Below, in pieces: positions 59,601-64,000 of a stretch of 64,000 bases of DNA (positions are counted from its first letter, which is position 1; every line of letters begins with the position of its first letter). Both the position numbers and the translations under genes were made by a program. The notes beneath the pieces were generated by a model that saw only the letters and a list, made by a program, of their open reading frames with translations, did no database searches and was not told the DNA's origin. The stretch is from Iphione sp. A-MEVVRFRX5 (lineage: Eukaryota), in contig OZ320320.1 of NCBI GenBank assembly GCA_976226885.1, forward strand, positions 57,908,001 through 57,972,000, in the 5' to 3' direction.

Positions 59601-62354
59601 CGCTTCTACCGCATCATCTTTTGCGCATGCGTACATATGGTTCTGATACTGTCCGCCAGGAGAGAAGATCACGGCCAATCTAGCGAGCGAATACGTCACT
59701 GGGGTGATGATTATATTTGAGGTGTAAGGAACACTGTTTGAGAATGGTCTGATTTATGAGCGTGTCTTATATGTGTGAGTGTGTGTAGTGATGTGTGTGT
59801 GCCCGAGCGGTAGGGGGATCTGTTTCTATCGATATGCGTGTGGACGTATGTGGGTAAGTTTGTGGTGAGCTGTATGTGGTTTGGTCTGTACGAACTCTTA
59901 CTTAAATTTCCAGTGTTGACTAAGCGTACATTTTTAGAACTCGTGTCCGCTTAGTGCTACGAAGTTCAACCATCCTCAGCCAATGGTAGACGTCACTGAA
60001 TTCAGATGCCTTCTCAGATCCTCAAGAGAAAAACACAAACTATGTACATGTCATTGCATTTCTTCAAGCATCTGATCTTCAAATGACATTGTGTAGGATT
60101 GATTTGCAGGTATTTCATTTATTTAGTTCAGTATTCAGGTAGTTTACGAACTGTGCGACTGCATGCTTTGGTTCCGTACACCCATACATATATTTATATA
60201 TATACAGACATACACATGTCCATTGTATGTGTTTTGCCCTGCGCTTGGTGCTGATGGATCGGACAGGGTTTTCCTTAGGTACATGCTCATGTGTCCTAAT
60301 GGATAGAACCCTGTGTCAACCAAGTGGCTAACCATATGTTCCCTTCAGAACATGCCTGAAACAAGCAGACACAGTCCTTGGGCTTGGACTTGTCCCAATC
60401 CACGAACATGTCACATGGAGTCACAATACATGAACATGTAGTTGCTACATATGCACAAGGGGGCACTCATGGTGTTAACAATAATTCCCAAAGAACATGA
60501 CCCAAAACATGCCACCACACCCGTGAATGCATCTATCTAAGGCCCGGTAGTTGAAGAATGAATGAGCCCACTCTATGTGTACAGGTCCAAACTCTGGATT
60601 CCAATATTGGAAAATGAGCATTGTGTGTGCATTTCTTCAGATCCAGACTCCAGATGGAAAAACAGATGAGTAGGAGGGGGTACATGTCGACATGATCAGT
60701 TTTCCCAGTCTACAGTACGCAGGGACTATCATTTCAGGTGATCATATAAGGTGTGTATGCAAAACGCACATTTCTAAACATTTCCACAAAAATTGGCACA
60801 ATTTCCCCTGACAGGCTTCAATTGCCTCTAAAAATCGGCACAATATCCAATGATATGCTGATGTTTCCACAGAAATCCATACAATTTTCACAGATATGCA
60901 ACCCTGCCTGTTCATTTCCCAGACAGTTCCTGGCCATATGCATGGAACATCCCTCTCTGTGAAGGTCCGCAACTGTCTAGAAAATCTGCCCAATTCCCTG
61001 GACTGTCCCATATATAGAGAAAACAAACAGACACATAGGAAACCCAGCCGAAGGAATTCAAGGCTCAGGAGAGATAGTGACGACAGCTTTGATGGATGAA
61101 GAATTTACACCGGTCTTTTTCTTTATATTCATTATATTTACCTTGTTCACACTTAGTACGCCCCCCTCTACATAAAACATTGGGCTATCCCTGAGTTCTT
61201 CGCACTGCTCTTTTAATTTATTATATTTGCATATATGTCGGCCCAATAACCCCCTACCCCAAGACTTTCCCCGATCGACAAGAGACAAAAACACCGTGGC
61301 AACATCTTTGTTTTCGCACACCGCCCAAGCTAGCCGAGTCTTTTCATGTCCAATTTGTTGACCGATGTGTTTTGCATAGGTTGGTATGAATGTCTGTGGG
61401 CTACTGTGGTCTGAATAAGCTGAAAACTGACCCACTGTCAATAGGTATTTATCGTAGGAGACACGGTCGGCCGCCACTGCCAAAAACTGTCCTGTCAAGG
61501 AAAATGCTGACCGCAGCAGTTTCTAGGACACTAAAGACCTCGTCTGGTCCACCTTACGTCTCCTATTACGTGTGCTGCTTCCGCCACTTGGCGGTGCGTT
61601 TTTTTGTCGTTTTCTATCCATATTTTAAATTGTTTTTATGGACAAATAGCAGTGTTATTACTCTCACCTGTACCGGAGACGACCTAGACACAAAGCAGCG
61701 ACGACGCCCGCACATACATGTACATGTACTCACAGNNNNNNNNNNNNNNNNNNNNNNNNNNNNNNNNNNNNNNNNNNNNNNNNNNNNNNNNNNNNNNNNN
61801 NNNNNNNNNNNNNNNNNNNNNNNNNNNNNNNNNNNNNNNNNNNNNNNNNNNNNNNNNNNNNNNNNNNNNNNNNNNNNNNNNNNNNNNNNNNNNNNNNNNN
61901 NNNNNNNNNNNNNNNNNNNNNNNNNNNNNNNNNNNNNNNNNNNCATACATACACAAAACGCCGTAATTCAATAAAGTAACATACAGATTCGTGGACATTG
62001 ACAAAAAATACATTTACATTCCGACATTTATCGATTGATAGAGAATAAAGACGCACCCGTTGAAATGTTTAAAGAAGATAAATACGCAGACACGTGCACA
62101 CGCATGAGCACTCACCTCGGGCGCGCGCGCACGCACGCACGCATACACACACACTAACACACACACACACACACACTTATGGAAGAGTGCTGTTGAGTAC
62201 GTACGTCTACCCTAGTGTTTTTGATCGCTGCCACTGGAGAGCGCGCTGATAAGCCATCCATTGTGACTACGACCGGATACGACGAGCGGTCGCTAATATT
62301 TCACGCTCTGCCGGGGTCACCGAGATCAGGCGCACACTAGAAATACTGTACTGA

Positions 62355-62560
62355 AACTCGTCAACCTAACACACACTAGGTACATTTTGTTGACAGTTAT
62401 CGACCCAACACACAGTAGGATTAATGCAGTGACACTCCTAAATTCAACACATACTAGGATTGCGTACTCAAATTAATCAACTCAGCACAGACTTGGCATG
62501 CTGTAAAATCAACAAATTCTTAGGAGGCATGTGTACTGACACTAATCAACCCAACACAGC
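62355..62560. repeat. Degenerate ~45-bp repeat
   Basis: Recurring tcaac...acacactagg motif. Confidence 0.4.
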
Positions 62561-64000
62561 TGAGATAAGACAAAGACATAACCTCCATTGATTTTATTGG
62601 ACATTACAAGTCCTCAGTTTTTTTTTGCATGCATGAGCACTTAAACCAACTATCAGACCGCTTTTTTTCTGAATAAAGTACCTTACTACCAACGTTGTGT
62701 CTATGGGCACTGGATGAAATGCGCGAGTTTCCTCAGTAGTTACAGCGCTGGTTCGTTTTTAGCCGCCCTTGAATTTCACCGGCGTCTCCTTAGAGCGAAG
62801 TTAAGATGTAAGACGACGTGGCAGCCATCTTTAAAGTGAACCCACTCACGCTTTAAATGGCCGCTTTCCTCTTGAACTCCCTTTCCATCGGTCTTTCAAA
62901 AAAAAAACTAGGGAAAAAAAGAATCTGGATGAGGAAGAAGAGGATGACGCTCCGCGTGTTATTGTTTTAGCCCGCCTGGGGTCGCTCCGAGCGTCGTCGT
63001 TCAGTGAGAGGTTGCTAAGGATCCTTGACAGGGCCATCTTTATTGCCTTTTGAATCCCTGTAAAATGTTCCTGTGTGAAAACGTTGGGGGTGGATGGGAC
63101 ACATCTGAACGAAGTGAATTTAGGTTCCATCTGAAAGTTGAGTCGAAATAGCTGACCCCGTTCAGACAAATGGCGGGCCGCGTTCAGAGCTCGTGTGGCT
63201 CGTTATCAGTTTTTTTAAGACTCGAAGACCGGGACACCGACACCTTGAGCAGTATTTGTTACCAGGCTTACTTAATAATGTGTTATCTGCCCACCTGTTA
63301 CCCTGTGTGTAGAGACTGATATGACCAGCTTAACCTTGAGGTATTAGTCACTTTACGTGACGATTTTACACAAGTCAAAGTTTCCTCCAAAGAAGTGAAT
63401 TTTACAAATAGGGTGGCTGTAACATGTATATGCGAGTTTGTGGATATGGGCGTGTCTGTTTGTCTGCCTGCCTGTCTGTGTCCGTCTATCCGTCTGTCTG
63501 TCTCTATCTCTGATTCTCTTTCCCCTTTCCCTTTCTAGATTTCAGCCCTTCCTATATATGTGTGGGCCTGCCTACCTGTCTCCATCTTTTAGTATCCGTT
63601 TCCTAACTTGTCCCCTTTTCTCGCTCAGATGAACCGCCTCCCTCAGTTTCCACCATACACCCCAACCTGCCTCCCAACTTTTCATTCACAAAAATATGCC
63701 GCGTGAATGCTGGTCGTGACGTCATAGACGACGCTCGGTTCATTCACAAATCGTTCCGGTTCACTGACTAGCAACCTGCCCAGCGTCCGTGTGGCCTTGA
63801 CCCTTGACCTGTTGACCTGTAGGTCTGTAGAGAGAAAGTAACACCGCCCATTCTTGGTGGTTACTTGTTGCCTGAGGGGCACTGGTAGTGTCAGGGTTGA
63901 TGGGGTTAGTGAGGATACCCCGGAAACGCTTTATGAATGAGTTTAAGCAAAGGGTTTGGGAAAGGGAGAGGGGAGGGAGCACATGAGGGAGGGGGAGAGG

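Larger units (their letters stand above)
25525..61943. other. Seven N-gaps: 25525-25659, 36029-36173, 40418-40604, 47363-47511, 54132-54305, 58595-58757, 61736-61943
   Basis: Runs of n, 135-208 bp, several adjoining simple repeats; any exon inside them is invisible. Confidence 0.99.

Noticed and set aside
61058-61498. 146-aa minus-strand ORF
   Set aside because: No recognisable domain or splice context.
25490-62056. ORFs in the track that contain X runs
   Set aside because: Artefacts of reading through N-gaps and low-complexity tracts.
62846-63169. 107-aa minus-strand ORF (MALSRILSNLSLNDDARSDP...)
   Set aside because: No donor site, runs into homopolymer tracts, and the opposite strand is similarly open; cannot be supported.

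Overview
Eukaryotic (metazoan, probably invertebrate) genomic DNA with seven short N-gaps; no prokaryotic features. The left ~19 kb is a transposon-rich interval. It holds a young Ty3/Gypsy LTR retrotransposon on the minus strand (1-~5261) with a 5' LTR, a 23-nt tRNA-Leu primer-binding site, gag, a GGGAAAC -1 frameshift signal and a pol that is intact except for one TGA. Next is a DIRS/Ngaro-type tyrosine-recombinase (YR) retrotransposon on the plus strand (~6.5-10 kb) with intact gag and RT/RNaseH and a YR broken off at ~9968. The interval also contains a probable solo LTR, a MITE, a tandem tRNA-Glu-like SINE unit and a heavily CpG-decayed second Gypsy remnant that uses the same tRNA-Leu primer. 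From ~21 kb onward the window looks like the long 5' region of one unidentified plus-strand host gene. It has a CpG-rich promoter and several candidate alternative N-terminal exons, most ending in intron phase 1, plus a candidate 3-nt microexon. Perfect CRE palindromes and TCACGTG (CLEAR/USF-type) E-boxes are over-represented in this region. The most interesting leads are (i) a 321-codon same-strand ORF with its own AUG overlapping the Gypsy gag, (ii) the multi-promoter CRE/E-box-rich host gene, and (iii) the YR-truncated DIRS element. Transposon calls are well supported; host exon calls are ab initio only and the host gene could not be named. All motif counts are by eye.
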